This document shows, one piece after another, positions 17,378 through 25,976 of a stretch of 64,000 nucleotides of DNA. The notes under the pieces were generated by a model, which saw nothing but the letters and a program-made list of their open reading frames with translations, was not told where the DNA came from and did no database searches. Source of the stretch: Oscillospiraceae bacterium (GTDB taxonomy: Bacteria > Bacillota > Clostridia > Oscillospirales > Ruminococcaceae). The translations under genes and the position numbers were made by a program. The stretch is taken from contig JAIEDQ010000058.1 of the NCBI GenBank assembly GCA_029067895.1, positions 1,545 through 65,544 on the forward strand. Direction: 5' to 3'. Each line of letters begins with the position of its first letter. Position 1 is the stretch's first letter.

Positions 17378-18297
17378 TGAAAAGACTTAATTTGTCCTAC
17401 GAAAAGAAAAAAGGTCTTTACGGCTACGGATTTATCGCACTCTGGTTTGTCGGCGCGCTGATGTTCTTCATCATACCGCTCCTCCAGTCGTTCTACTATT
17501 CGTTCCATACGGTAACCCCCGAAACCGGTTATCTGGATATAAGACCTCTGACGAGCGGAGGAAAGACCGATATCTTCCTTAACTATAAGGACGCTTTCCT
17601 GAAAGACCCTAACTTCAGCCAGTACTTGGTAGAGGTACTGAAGGATATGGCGCTTAACCTGCCGGTTATCGTTGTATTCTCGCTGTTCGTTGCTATCGTA
17701 ATCAACCAGAAGTTCCGCGGAAGAACTTTCGCAAGAGCGGTATTCTTCCTGCCTGTTATCATCGCGACGGGTCCCGTTTACGCGATCATCACAGGCGACC
17801 TGGAGACAGGCGGAAACAACGAGGCTGCACAGTTCTCCACAATGTTTGAGGCGGACATGGTAGACCAGCTTCTGGAGTTTATCGGTATCTACGGCTTCGG
17901 CGATACCTTTACCGAAATGCTGACGGAGATCACCTCGGATATCCTGAACCTTGTTTGGAAATGCGGTATCCAGATTATTATCTTCCTTTCGGCTTTGCAG
18001 GGAATACCCGCTTCCGCTAAGGAAGCAGCGGCTATCGAGGGCGCTACCTCGTGGGAGTTCTTCTGGAAGATCACCCTGCCCTACATTTCCTCAATGATCC
18101 TTGTAAACATTGTTTATACGGTTATCGACGCGTTTATCGACCCGACCAACCAGGTAATGGAACGATTGCTGAGCGTCCAAAGCGAATGGAAGTACGGCTA
18201 CTCGGCGGCTATGGCGTGGAGCTACTTCGGTATCATTCTTATAGCTCTTGGCATCATATTCGCGATCATGAACAAGCTCGTCTGGTACGACGACTAA
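17377..18297 (+). CDS. Sugar ABC transporter permease (second pair, MalF-like)
   Basis: Start overlaps the upstream stop (TGATG). EAA loop PASAKEAAAIEGATSWEFFWKITLP. Confidence 0.85.
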   Translation: MKRLNLSYEKKKGLYGYGFIALWFVGALMFFIIPLLQSFYYSFHTVTPETGYLDIRPLTSGGKTDIFLNYKDAFLKDPNFSQYLVEVLKDMALNLPVIVVFSLFVAIVINQKFRGRTFARAVFFLPVIIATGPVYAIITGDLETGGNNEAAQFSTMFEADMVDQLLEFIGIYGFGDTFTEMLTEITSDILNLVWKCGIQIIIFLSALQGIPASAKEAAAIEGATSWEFFWKITLPYISSMILVNIVYTVIDAFIDPTNQVMERLLSVQSEWKYGYSAAMAWSYFGIILIALGIIFAIMNKLVWYDD

Positions 18298-18313
18298 AAA
18301 GGAGGCGGAGAAA

Positions 18314-19405
18314 ATGGCTGATACTACAATGACCAATAAAGGCGGACTCTCCGGCTTCCTGCAAAAGCATAAACCGGAGAAAGCTCCAAAAGAACCCAAG
18401 ATGTCCCGAAAGGAAAGACGGGAACGCTTTAAGAAAAGACTGGAATGCCTTACTCCCGAGGAACAGAGATACTTAAAGAGAAAACAGGTTACCGACGCGG
18501 TATGGCCCGTGTTCAGAGCGGTAATTGTTTTCGGACTTTGCTTTATCATTCTTTATCCGCTGATCTTTATGATCTCCTCGGCGTTCCGTCCCAGCGCGGA
18601 CATGAACGACCCCACTATCATGTGGATACCCAAGCACTATACTTTGAGCAACCTGAAAGAAGTTATCAAGGCGATGGACTTCTGGAAAACTCTCGGAAAT
18701 ACGCTTGTGCTCAACATCGGCTGCTCGATCATTCAGGTACTTACGTGTGCGCTGACGGGATACGGCTTTGCGCGGTATAAATTCAAGGGCAAGAGTATAC
18801 TGTTCTTTGTTGTAATCATGATGATCCTTGTTCCCCCGCAGATCATTCTTATCCCTCAGTATATGTTCTTCAGATACTTCAATCCCCTGGGCTTATGGCA
18901 CATGATCACGGGCGACTTCATCAACCTTATCAACAAACCTGTAACTATGTACTTCCCCGCCCTGACGGCAAACGGTCTGAGAGCAGGTCTGTTCATCTTC
19001 CTGTTCAGACAGTCCTTTATGGGACTTCCCAAGGAGCTTGAGGACGCTGCGGCTCTCGACGGCTGCTCGCCTTTCACGGCTTTCGTAAGAGTAATGGTTC
19101 CCAACGCGGGATCAACATTCCTGACGGTATTCCTGTTCTCCATCGTGTGGTACTGGAACGACTACTATGTAAGTACGTCCTTCTTCACCGAGAACAAGAC
19201 TATTGCGCTGACACTGAAAAACCTCAGCTCCAACATCAAGGTGCTGGTATTCGGCGACGCGAACGCTCAGGTAAACACCCGTGAGATCATCGTATGGATG
19301 GAAGCGGCGTGTCTGATCTCCATACTTCCGATACTGGTACTGTATGTGTGTCTGCAAAAGAACTTCACAGAGGGTATCGCACGTTCGGGTCTTACAGGTA
19401 TGTAA
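18314..19405 (+). CDS. Sugar ABC transporter permease (second pair, MalG-like) with a basic N-terminal extension
   Basis: RBS AAGGAGG. EAA loop PKELEDAAALDGCSPFTAFVRVMVP. Confidence 0.85.
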   Translation: MADTTMTNKGGLSGFLQKHKPEKAPKEPKMSRKERRERFKKRLECLTPEEQRYLKRKQVTDAVWPVFRAVIVFGLCFIILYPLIFMISSAFRPSADMNDPTIMWIPKHYTLSNLKEVIKAMDFWKTLGNTLVLNIGCSIIQVLTCALTGYGFARYKFKGKSILFFVVIMMILVPPQIILIPQYMFFRYFNPLGLWHMITGDFINLINKPVTMYFPALTANGLRAGLFIFLFRQSFMGLPKELEDAAALDGCSPFTAFVRVMVPNAGSTFLTVFLFSIVWYWNDYYVSTSFFTENKTIALTLKNLSSNIKVLVFGDANAQVNTREIIVWMEAACLISILPILVLYVCLQKNFTEGIARSGLTGM

Positions 19406-19432
19406 TACGCAGGACTTGCAATTGCAAAACAG

Positions 19433-19464
19433 AAAAAGGGTACGGCATTTCCGTACCCTTTTTT
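19433..19464 (+). terminator. Terminator closing the ABC locus
   Basis: GGGTACGG-CATTT-CCGTACCC flanked by an A run and TTTTTT. Confidence 0.8.
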
Positions 19465-19626
19465 GGTAATAAGCAAAAGCGAAAAAACACAGCAAAACAA
19501 AAAGCTTCACTATGCAGCCGATTCGGCTGGCGAATTTTTTGCATAAATGTTTTTTCGTTTTGTTTGAATTTATTTTGTAAGGCAATTATTTAAAATTGTT
19601 CAATTTTATTTGCAAGGGAGGATAAA

Positions 19627-21939
19627 ATGGATAGATTATCTGAACTGCTATGGTACAAGTCCCCTGCCGAAAACTGGGACGAAGCTCTCCCCGTGGGAAA
19701 CGGCAGGCTGGGCGGCATGATCTTCGGAAAGCCCACCGACGAGCTTATTCAGCTTAACGAGGATTCCATATGGTCGGGAGGCTTCCGCAAAAGGAACAAT
19801 CCCAAGGCATATGAAAATCTTGAAAAAATGCGGACGCTTATCCGCGATGGCAAAACTGCCGAGGCGGAGGCTCTCTGCTCTGACGCGTTTTACGGTACTA
19901 ACGAAAACCAGCGGCACTATCACCCGCTGGGCGACTTCCACATATGGCAGGGCGGCACGGACGGTTACACCGACTACGAAAGAAGTCTCGACCTTGAAAA
20001 CTCCGTCTGCGAGACCAAATGGAAAAGCGGCGGAGTATCCTATTCGCGGACGGTTTTCGCGTCCTGTCCCGACAACGTTATCGTGATCAAATTTGCCGCC
20101 GACCAAAAGGGCAAGATAAGCTTCACCGCCCTTATTGACGGAAAGGACGACGATTACGACAAAAACGAAGCTTACGACGCAAATACGCTTATTTTCACCA
20201 TGTCGGACGGCGTACCATACGCGGCGGCGATATCCTGTTCCGCAAAGGGCGGAGACTACGCAAACGGCGGGAAACCGTGCTGCGATGCAAACCGTATCAG
20301 CGTTGCAAATGCGGACGAAGCGACGGTTATCATTTCATGCCAGACCGCTTTCCGTACCTCCGATTATGAAAAGCTTGCAATAAGTCAGGCGAAAGCCGCC
20401 ATACGCAAGGGATTTGTCAACCTTATGGCATGGCATGTTGCGGACTACCGCACTCTCTATGAACGCTGCGCTCTTGACCTTTGCGACAACAGCGGCGGGA
20501 ACTCGAAGCTCCCCACAAACGAAAGACTGCAAAAATTAAAGGACGGAGAAAAGGATAACAAGCTTGTCCAGATGTACTTTAATTTCTCCCGCTACCTGAT
20601 GATATCGGGCAGCCGTCCGGGAACTCTCCCGCTGAATTTGCAGGGCATCTGGAACAAGGATATGTGGCCCGCATGGGGCGGCAAGTACACAATAAACATC
20701 AACACGGAAATGAACTACTGGGGCGCGGAGATACAAAATCTGTCCGAGTGCCACACTCCCCTGTTCGACCACATAGAGCGTATGCGGGAGAACGGACGGG
20801 TCACCGCGCGGGAAATGTATCGCTGCCGCGGAACAATGTGTCACCACAATACCGATATCTGGGGCGATACCGCTCCGCAGGACAAATGGCTTCCCGGCAC
20901 GCTCTGGCCTATGGGAATGGCGTGGCTCTGCACCCATCTGTACGAGCATTATTTGTTCACGGGGGACAAGCTTTTCCTTGCGGAGAAGTATGATACTATC
21001 CGCGAGGCGGCAGAATTTTTTACAGACTTCCTTATCGAGGACGACAAGGGCAGAGCTATAACAAGTCCCTCGGTGTCTCCCGAAAACACCTACATAACAA
21101 AGGACGGCGCAAAGGGTACTATTTGTCAGGGACCCTCAATGGACAGCCAGATACTCCACGAGCTTTTCACAGCGGTAATAAACTGCTCCGAGTCGCTGGA
21201 CGAATCCGTCAAGCCGGAGGACGACAAAGAGTTCGTTGAAAAAATAAAGTCCCTGCGGGACAAACTTCCCAAGCCGGAAACAGGCAAGTACGGTCAGATC
21301 ATGGAATGGGCGGAGGACTACGACGAAGCCGAGCCGGGACACAGGCATATTTCCCAGCTTTTCGCTTTGTATCCGTATGACCTTATCACAAAGCGGCACA
21401 CACCCGAGCTTGCGTCTGCCGCGGAAGCAACACTGATACGCCGTCTCACTCACGGCGGAGGACACACAGGCTGGTCGAGAGCGTGGATAATCAATATGTG
21501 GGCGCGTCTCGGCGACGGAGCGCGGGTGGGCGAGAACATTTCCGCATTGCTTGCATGGTCAACCAATATCAATATGTTCGATATGCACCCGCCTTTCCAG
21601 ATAGACGGAAACTTCGGCGGCGGCGCGGGTATCGCGGAGGCGTTACTGCAAAGCCACAGCGGAGAGATCTCCCTGCTGCCTGCCGTTCCCGCAGAATGGG
21701 AAAGCGGCTCTGTCCGCGGAATGATGGCAAGGGGCGGCTTTGAGCTGTCCTTTGAGTGGAGCGGCGGAAAGATTGCAAGGCTTGAAATCCTGTCCAAATG
21801 CGGAAATCCGTGCAGAATAGTGGGTACGGGTCTGACCGTCACAAGCGGCGGGGAAAGCGTGTCCGCAAAGGAAAGCGGAGACGTGACCTGCTTTGAGACC
21901 GAAGCGGGCAAAACCTACGAAGTAACGGCATGGAAATAA
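19627..21939 (+). CDS. Glycoside hydrolase family 95 (alpha-L-fucosidase-like)
   Basis: The N-terminus WYKSPAENWDEALPVGNGRLGGMIFG and the blocks NLQGIWN, INTEMNYW and GWSRAWIINMWARL match my memory of GH95. Confidence 0.85.
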   Translation: MDRLSELLWYKSPAENWDEALPVGNGRLGGMIFGKPTDELIQLNEDSIWSGGFRKRNNPKAYENLEKMRTLIRDGKTAEAEALCSDAFYGTNENQRHYHPLGDFHIWQGGTDGYTDYERSLDLENSVCETKWKSGGVSYSRTVFASCPDNVIVIKFAADQKGKISFTALIDGKDDDYDKNEAYDANTLIFTMSDGVPYAAAISCSAKGGDYANGGKPCCDANRISVANADEATVIISCQTAFRTSDYEKLAISQAKAAIRKGFVNLMAWHVADYRTLYERCALDLCDNSGGNSKLPTNERLQKLKDGEKDNKLVQMYFNFSRYLMISGSRPGTLPLNLQGIWNKDMWPAWGGKYTININTEMNYWGAEIQNLSECHTPLFDHIERMRENGRVTAREMYRCRGTMCHHNTDIWGDTAPQDKWLPGTLWPMGMAWLCTHLYEHYLFTGDKLFLAEKYDTIREAAEFFTDFLIEDDKGRAITSPSVSPENTYITKDGAKGTICQGPSMDSQILHELFTAVINCSESLDESVKPEDDKEFVEKIKSLRDKLPKPETGKYGQIMEWAEDYDEAEPGHRHISQLFALYPYDLITKRHTPELASAAEATLIRRLTHGGGHTGWSRAWIINMWARLGDGARVGENISALLAWSTNINMFDMHPPFQIDGNFGGGAGIAEALLQSHSGEISLLPAVPAEWESGSVRGMMARGGFELSFEWSGGKIARLEILSKCGNPCRIVGTGLTVTSGGESVSAKESGDVTCFETEAGKTYEVTAWK

Positions 21940-22076
21940 ACCGTCCCCAATTTTAAATAAAATTTCTGCAACTGTAGTAAATGCTATTGATTTTTGCGGG
22001 AAAATATTGTATAATAAAATGTAATGTGAGTCGGAGGACTCAGAGAATTTTACACCTTTGAAAGGCGGTTGTTTTA

Positions 22077-23102
22077 ATGAAAACAAAAATTTTAAACGGC
22101 GTGTCCCTCCCCAATATCCCCTGGCAGGACAAGCCTGCTGATTGCAGGGACGTGGTTTGGCGCTACAATGCTAACCCTATCATCAAGCGCGACCACATCA
22201 TGGTAAAGAAAGCTAACGGCTACAGAGAGCCGTCAAACTCTATCTTCAACAGCTCCGTAGTACCCTTTGAAGTGGGCGACTACAAATTCGCAGGCGTTTT
22301 CCGCGTTGACGACAGAGAGCGCAACATGGAGCTTCACGTTGGCTTCTCCAAGGACGGTATCAACTGGGATATCAACGAGGAGAGGATCAAGTTCAAGTGC
22401 GATATCCCCGAGGTAGGTCAGTGGCAGTACGGCTACGACCCCCGTGTATGCAAGCTTGAGGACAAGTACATCGTTACATGGTGCAACGCTTACGGCTGGA
22501 AGCCTACTATCGGCATTGCGTACACCTACGATTTCAAGGAATTCACACAGCTTGAAAACGCATACCTGCCTTTCAACAGAAACGGCGTAATGTTCCCCCG
22601 CAAGATCAACAACAAGTACATGATGATGAGCCGTCCCTCCGACAGCGGTCACACTCCTTTCGGCGATATGTTCATCAGCCAGTCTCCCGACCTTACCTAC
22701 TGGGGCGAGCACCGTCACGTTATGGGACCCTCCAAGGGCTGGGAAGCTACCAAGATGGGCGCAGGTCCTATTCCTATCGAGACAGACCGCGGCTGGCTCA
22801 TTTTCTACCACGGCGTTCTGACCTCCTGCAACGGTTATGTGTACAGCTTCTCCGCTGCTCTGCTTGACAAGGACGAGCCTTGGAAGGTTCTGAAGAGAGG
22901 CGCTTCCTACCTTATCAGCCCTCAGACCGATTACGAGCTTATCGGCGATACCGACGCGGTAACATTCCCATGCGCAAACCTTGTTGACGCAGACACGGGC
23001 AGAATCTGCATCTACTACGGCTGCGCAGACACCTGCACTTCTCTTGCGTTCACATACGTTGACGACGTTATGGACTTCCTTGACAACAACAGCCAAGTTT
23101 GA
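22077..23102 (+). CDS. GH130 beta-mannoside phosphorylase/glycosidase
   Basis: 341 aa. The blocks NSSVVPF, NGVMFPRKINNKYMMMSRPSD and GAGPIPIETDRGWLIFYHGV are typical of GH130 mannoside phosphorylases. Confidence 0.85.
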   Translation: MKTKILNGVSLPNIPWQDKPADCRDVVWRYNANPIIKRDHIMVKKANGYREPSNSIFNSSVVPFEVGDYKFAGVFRVDDRERNMELHVGFSKDGINWDINEERIKFKCDIPEVGQWQYGYDPRVCKLEDKYIVTWCNAYGWKPTIGIAYTYDFKEFTQLENAYLPFNRNGVMFPRKINNKYMMMSRPSDSGHTPFGDMFISQSPDLTYWGEHRHVMGPSKGWEATKMGAGPIPIETDRGWLIFYHGVLTSCNGYVYSFSAALLDKDEPWKVLKRGASYLISPQTDYELIGDTDAVTFPCANLVDADTGRICIYYGCADTCTSLAFTYVDDVMDFLDNNSQV

Positions 23103-23117
23103 TTGAATATTTTTACA

Positions 23118-23160
23118 ATTTTTGCGGGGACGGGTCTCACGTCCCCGCAAAAATGTTTTT
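23118..23160 (+). terminator. GH130 terminator
   Basis: GCGGGGAC-9 nt-GTCCCCGC with flanking T and A runs. Confidence 0.75.
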
Positions 23161-23171
23161 TGCTGTAACCG

Positions 23172-23210
23172 CAAATAAAAAATGGGGGACGGGTTTCCGT
23201 CTCCCATTTA
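23172..23210 (-). terminator. Terminator of the CheX-like gene
   Basis: An 11-bp stem ATGGGGGACGG/CCGTCTCCCAT with loop GTTT and a T run on the minus strand. Confidence 0.7.
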
Positions 23211-23222
23211 TATAATTGTGTG

Positions 23223-24101
23223 TCACATTGCAATAATAAAGTTGACCGTTCCGAAAGAAAAGCATACGGGAATAACGTTTGCATTGGAAAGCTCGCTCAT
23301 ATCAAAGCGTTCGCGGAAGTTATGCGGTCCCAGATCCAGCTTGAGTCCTTCCGTGCCGGAAAGGTTTTCTGCAAAAAGACCGTTGTGAAGATTGATAAAA
23401 TTGCTTATGCAGGTATGGGTGTAATCGTCCTCCGCGGTAAGGTGTTCATTGGTAAAGCGGGAGGCGAACTCTATCATTGCGGAGGCGTCCGCGTCAATGA
23501 TCGTTATAGCGTGTATGCCGCCGTCTATCCTCTGGGACGCGCTTGCCGAAAGCGCACCCATAAGAGCGTGAGCGTCCATGGGAGTAAAATCGCTGCCGAT
23601 AAAGCGGATGAGGTTTTTGAAAAGCAGCGAAACGTAGCCTGTCATATAGCCCGAACCGTTTATTGAGTTGAAGTTGTAAAAGTTTCGTACAAGTCTTTGG
23701 GCGGAGGAATCGCTCTCGCCGCCGAAATCCGCGTCTGAGATACTGTTTTCGGTCTTGTAGGAATTAAGCGCCTGCTCGAACTGGACAGTGGTCATATAGC
23801 CGTTGTCAACGAGAGCCTGACCTAATATAAGGTGTCCCGCGGGCTGCGCTTTAAGGAGGCTTTCCACGTTTTCTCTGGAAATATAGCCCATATCCACCAT
23901 AACGTCGCCTATTCTTTTGTCCGCGCTCTGCTGCTTCTGATGGGCTTTTTCCACCTGAGCAGCCGTCATAAGTCCCGCGTTTATCGCAAGCATGCCCAAC
24001 TGGGGACGGGTGGCGTTCATTGTCTGAAGCACTTCCGAAAGGTGTTCGGGAGAAACAAGCTGCCGCTGAAGCAGATAATTGCCGAAAAACTGCGTAAACA
24101 T
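23223..24101 (-). CDS. Four tandem MshEN/T2SSE_N-type motifs fused to a CheC/CheX-like C-terminal domain
   Basis: Start taken at the internal Met (MFTQFF), which follows AAAGGAGG. The TTGAAA-17-TATAAT promoter (24189-24217) overlaps the longer ORF's start. The N-terminus has four 24-aa motifs spaced by 5 aa. The C-terminus resembles CheX: ...DDYTHTCISNFINLHNGLFAENL...LDLGPHNF.... Confidence 0.6.
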   Translation of the reverse strand: MFTQFFGNYLLQRQLVSPEHLSEVLQTMNATRPQLGMLAINAGLMTAAQVEKAHQKQQSADKRIGDVMVDMGYISRENVESLLKAQPAGHLILGQALVDNGYMTTVQFEQALNSYKTENSISDADFGGESDSSAQRLVRNFYNFNSINGSGYMTGYVSLLFKNLIRFIGSDFTPMDAHALMGALSASASQRIDGGIHAITIIDADASAMIEFASRFTNEHLTAEDDYTHTCISNFINLHNGLFAENLSGTEGLKLDLGPHNFRERFDMSELSNANVIPVCFSFGTVNFIIAM

Positions 24102-24350
24102 AGCAAAAGCTCCTCCTTTTAGCTTTCGGGAAGTATGTCCCTGTACGGAAATATTCCGCCTTCTTAAATTCACATTATTATAGATAATATTATACAATAA
24201 TTATAAATATTTTTCAAGATATTTTTGAAATATTATAAACACATTTTTAACGAATTTTTTGTGCATTTTGCTGATTGTTGCTCCGAAAAAAGTTTTTTCA
24301 ATGCGTCAAATCCTTTGAGGGAACGGTTTTGATGGGATTTGACAGGGCTC

Positions 24351-24378
24351 TTGACAATTGTGAAATTTTATGTATAAT
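24351..24378 (+). promoter_or_regulatory. Promoter (TTGACA-16-TATAAT, with TG immediately upstream of the -10) of the Hpt gene
   Basis: TTGACA at 24351-24356, TGTATAAT at 24371-24378. Confidence 0.55.
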
Positions 24379-24507
24379 TATATAATAATAATATTTCGTA
24401 TCTGTTTTCCGTTTTGTACGGACACATTCTTTCACAGCGGCAGAAATTTTCCGTTTCGGACGCTTTTATCAGTCTTTATCACTACTCAGAAAAGAGGTAC
24501 AGCGATT

Positions 24508-24876
24508 ATGGAGAAAAACACCGGCGGTCTTTTCGCCGCCCTCAGAGAAATAGGCGTTGAGGTCGATAAAACACTTTCGCGGTTCGGGGACGACTCCTCC
24601 GATATTTATACCAAGTTCCTGAAACGCTTCCCCGACGAGGACAGGATCACGCCTATCAAAGACGCGATTTCGGAAAATGATCTTGAAAAGCTTTCCCAGA
24701 CCGCCCACAAGCTGAAAGGGGTATCCGCAAATCTCGGAATGACCGTTCTTTCGGAAGCTGCACACGTCCTTGAGCTAAAAGCCAAGAACGGCTCCGCTGA
24801 GGGCGCCGATGAGGATATAAAGCGTATTGAAGAGCTGAACGAGGAGATCTTCCGTATTATCAAAGAAAATACATAA
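24508..24876 (+). CDS. Stand-alone Hpt (histidine phosphotransfer) domain protein
   Basis: Internal ATG behind AAAGAGG. AHKLKGVSANLG is the Hpt phospho-His motif. About 122 aa and all helical. Confidence 0.8.
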   Translation: MEKNTGGLFAALREIGVEVDKTLSRFGDDSSDIYTKFLKRFPDEDRITPIKDAISENDLEKLSQTAHKLKGVSANLGMTVLSEAAHVLELKAKNGSAEGADEDIKRIEELNEEIFRIIKENT

Positions 24877-24880
24877 ACGG

Positions 24881-24954
24881 GAAAGGCTGAGCCTTTACCC
24901 ATGCCGCCGTCTGTAGAGAGGGCGGCATAATTTTGTTTTCGAGGCGGGAGAAAG
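24881..24954 (+). repeat. Copy 1 of a dispersed hairpin repeat of about 75 bp
   Basis: GAAAGGCTGAGCCTTTACCCATGCCGCCGTCTGTAGAGAGGGCGGCATAATTTTGTTTTCGAGGCGGGAGAAAG. Two hairpins (AAAGGC/GCCTTT and GCCGCC/GGCGGC) precede a T-rich tail. Confidence 0.8.
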
Positions 24955-24974
24955 CTTCTGTATTGACATAGTAC

Positions 24975-25047
24975 GAAAGGCTGAGCCTTTACCCTTGCCG
25001 CGTCTGTAGTAACGGCGGCATAATTTTGTTTTCGAGGCGGCAGAAAG
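24975..25047 (+). repeat. Copy 2 of the same repeat, 94 bp downstream of copy 1
   Basis: Near-identical to copy 1, with differences in the GCCGCC hairpin (a one-base deletion in its 5' arm plus loop changes). Confidence 0.8.
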
Positions 25048-25158
25048 ATTTTGCACCGCCATTGCACGAAGTTTTGCGGCTTTCCGTGCAAAAAGGACAT
25101 AACGCCTGCCGCCGCTCAGCGGTATGCGTTATGCCCTTTGTTTTTGCTGTTTGTGCGG

Positions 25159-25815
25159 TCATATCTGCGCGTCAAGGGTAAGCCCGTAGGACGGCAGAAA
25201 TTCCCGTATAAACTCCTCCGCTTCGGGAAGCTCCATGTCGTGTACAGCTTTCAGGGTACTCTGCTCCGCGTTGGCAAAATCCAGATTTCCCATGTTCCGC
25301 TCCTCAATACACTTTATAAGCGCGGAAAGCTTGTCCGCAGCCTTTACAAGCTGCCAAAGCTCGCTCTCCTCCTCGGTTTTTCCCATCAGCGGACGGTAAT
25401 ATTCCCGCAGGTCGTCGGGCAGATAGCTGAGTATCTTTTCCCCCGCGATCTCCTCCACCCTGCCGTACTGCTGCTTTATCTCCTCATTGTAGTACTTGAC
25501 GGGCGTGGGCAGGTCTCCTGTGATTATTTCGGTAACGTCGTGGTACATTGCCAGCAGCGCAGCCCGTTCGGGGTCGACGTTCCCGCCGAAGCGGACGTTC
25601 CTGTAGAGCGCAAGGACGTGGGCGATAAATGCCGTCTCCAGACTGTGTTCGCTGATGTTTTCGTTAACGGCGTTTCGCATAAGTCCCCAGCGGTTTATAT
25701 ACTTCATTCGTGAAATTATCGCAAAAAATTTCCTGCCTCCTGCACAGTTTCCTGTTTCATTTCCTGTCTCATTTTCGGACACGTAAGACCGCCTCCTTTC
25801 GCCGTTTCGGGTCAC
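25159..25815 (-). CDS. HD-domain 5'-deoxynucleotidase (YfbR-like)
   Basis: FFAIISRMKYINRWGLMRNAVNENISEHSLETAFIAH...YHDVTEIITGDLPTP aligns with what I recall of YfbR. The start is either GTG at 25815 (GTGA overlap with the upstream small ORF) or GTG at 25782 (behind AAAGGAGG). Confidence 0.8.
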   Translation of the reverse strand: MTRNGERRRSYVSENETGNETGNCAGGRKFFAIISRMKYINRWGLMRNAVNENISEHSLETAFIAHVLALYRNVRFGGNVDPERAALLAMYHDVTEIITGDLPTPVKYYNEEIKQQYGRVEEIAGEKILSYLPDDLREYYRPLMGKTEEESELWQLVKAADKLSALIKCIEERNMGNLDFANAEQSTLKAVHDMELPEAEEFIREFLPSYGLTLDAQI

Positions 25816-25973
25816 TGTCTGATATGAATGCCCTGGGACTCGATATAGTCCTCCATTTCCTCCTTGGCTTCCTCAGCCCATGAGGTTTGGTCGGGCATAA
25901 GATTGTGTTTGTCCCCGTTGGTTTTTTCGGGAACGCGGGTGTCCTGCGTGTTCTGCCTGTTCTTATCTTCCAT
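25812..25973 (-). CDS. 53-aa acidic hypothetical protein
   Basis: Below the ORF-track cut-off. RBS AAGGAG 7 nt upstream of the ATG. Translation: MEDKNRQNTQDTRVPEKTNGDKHNLMPDQTSWAEEAKEEMEDYIESQGIHIRQ. It is packed between the CPBP stop and the YfbR start. Confidence 0.4.
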   Translation of the reverse strand: MEDKNRQNTQDTRVPEKTNGDKHNLMPDQTSWAEEAKEEMEDYIESQGIHIRQ

Positions 25974-25976
25974 AAG

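Noticed and set aside
22233-23207. 324-aa minus-strand ORF opposite GH130, with similar antisense ORFs at 27814..28767 (murC), 30890..32104 (yfhO), 46856..47650 (MCP), 48086..48835 (SBP) and 49695..50606 (GH2)
   Set aside because: Each lies inside a confidently identified gene on the other strand and translates to compositionally odd, motif-free sequence.
24881-25047. Possible CRISPR array (two direct repeats with a 94-bp period)
   Set aside because: There are only two copies. The repeat units are about 74 bp with a spacer of about 20 bp, which is the wrong geometry for CRISPR. No cas genes are present. A third copy is dispersed and inverted, so this is a REP/MITE-like element.
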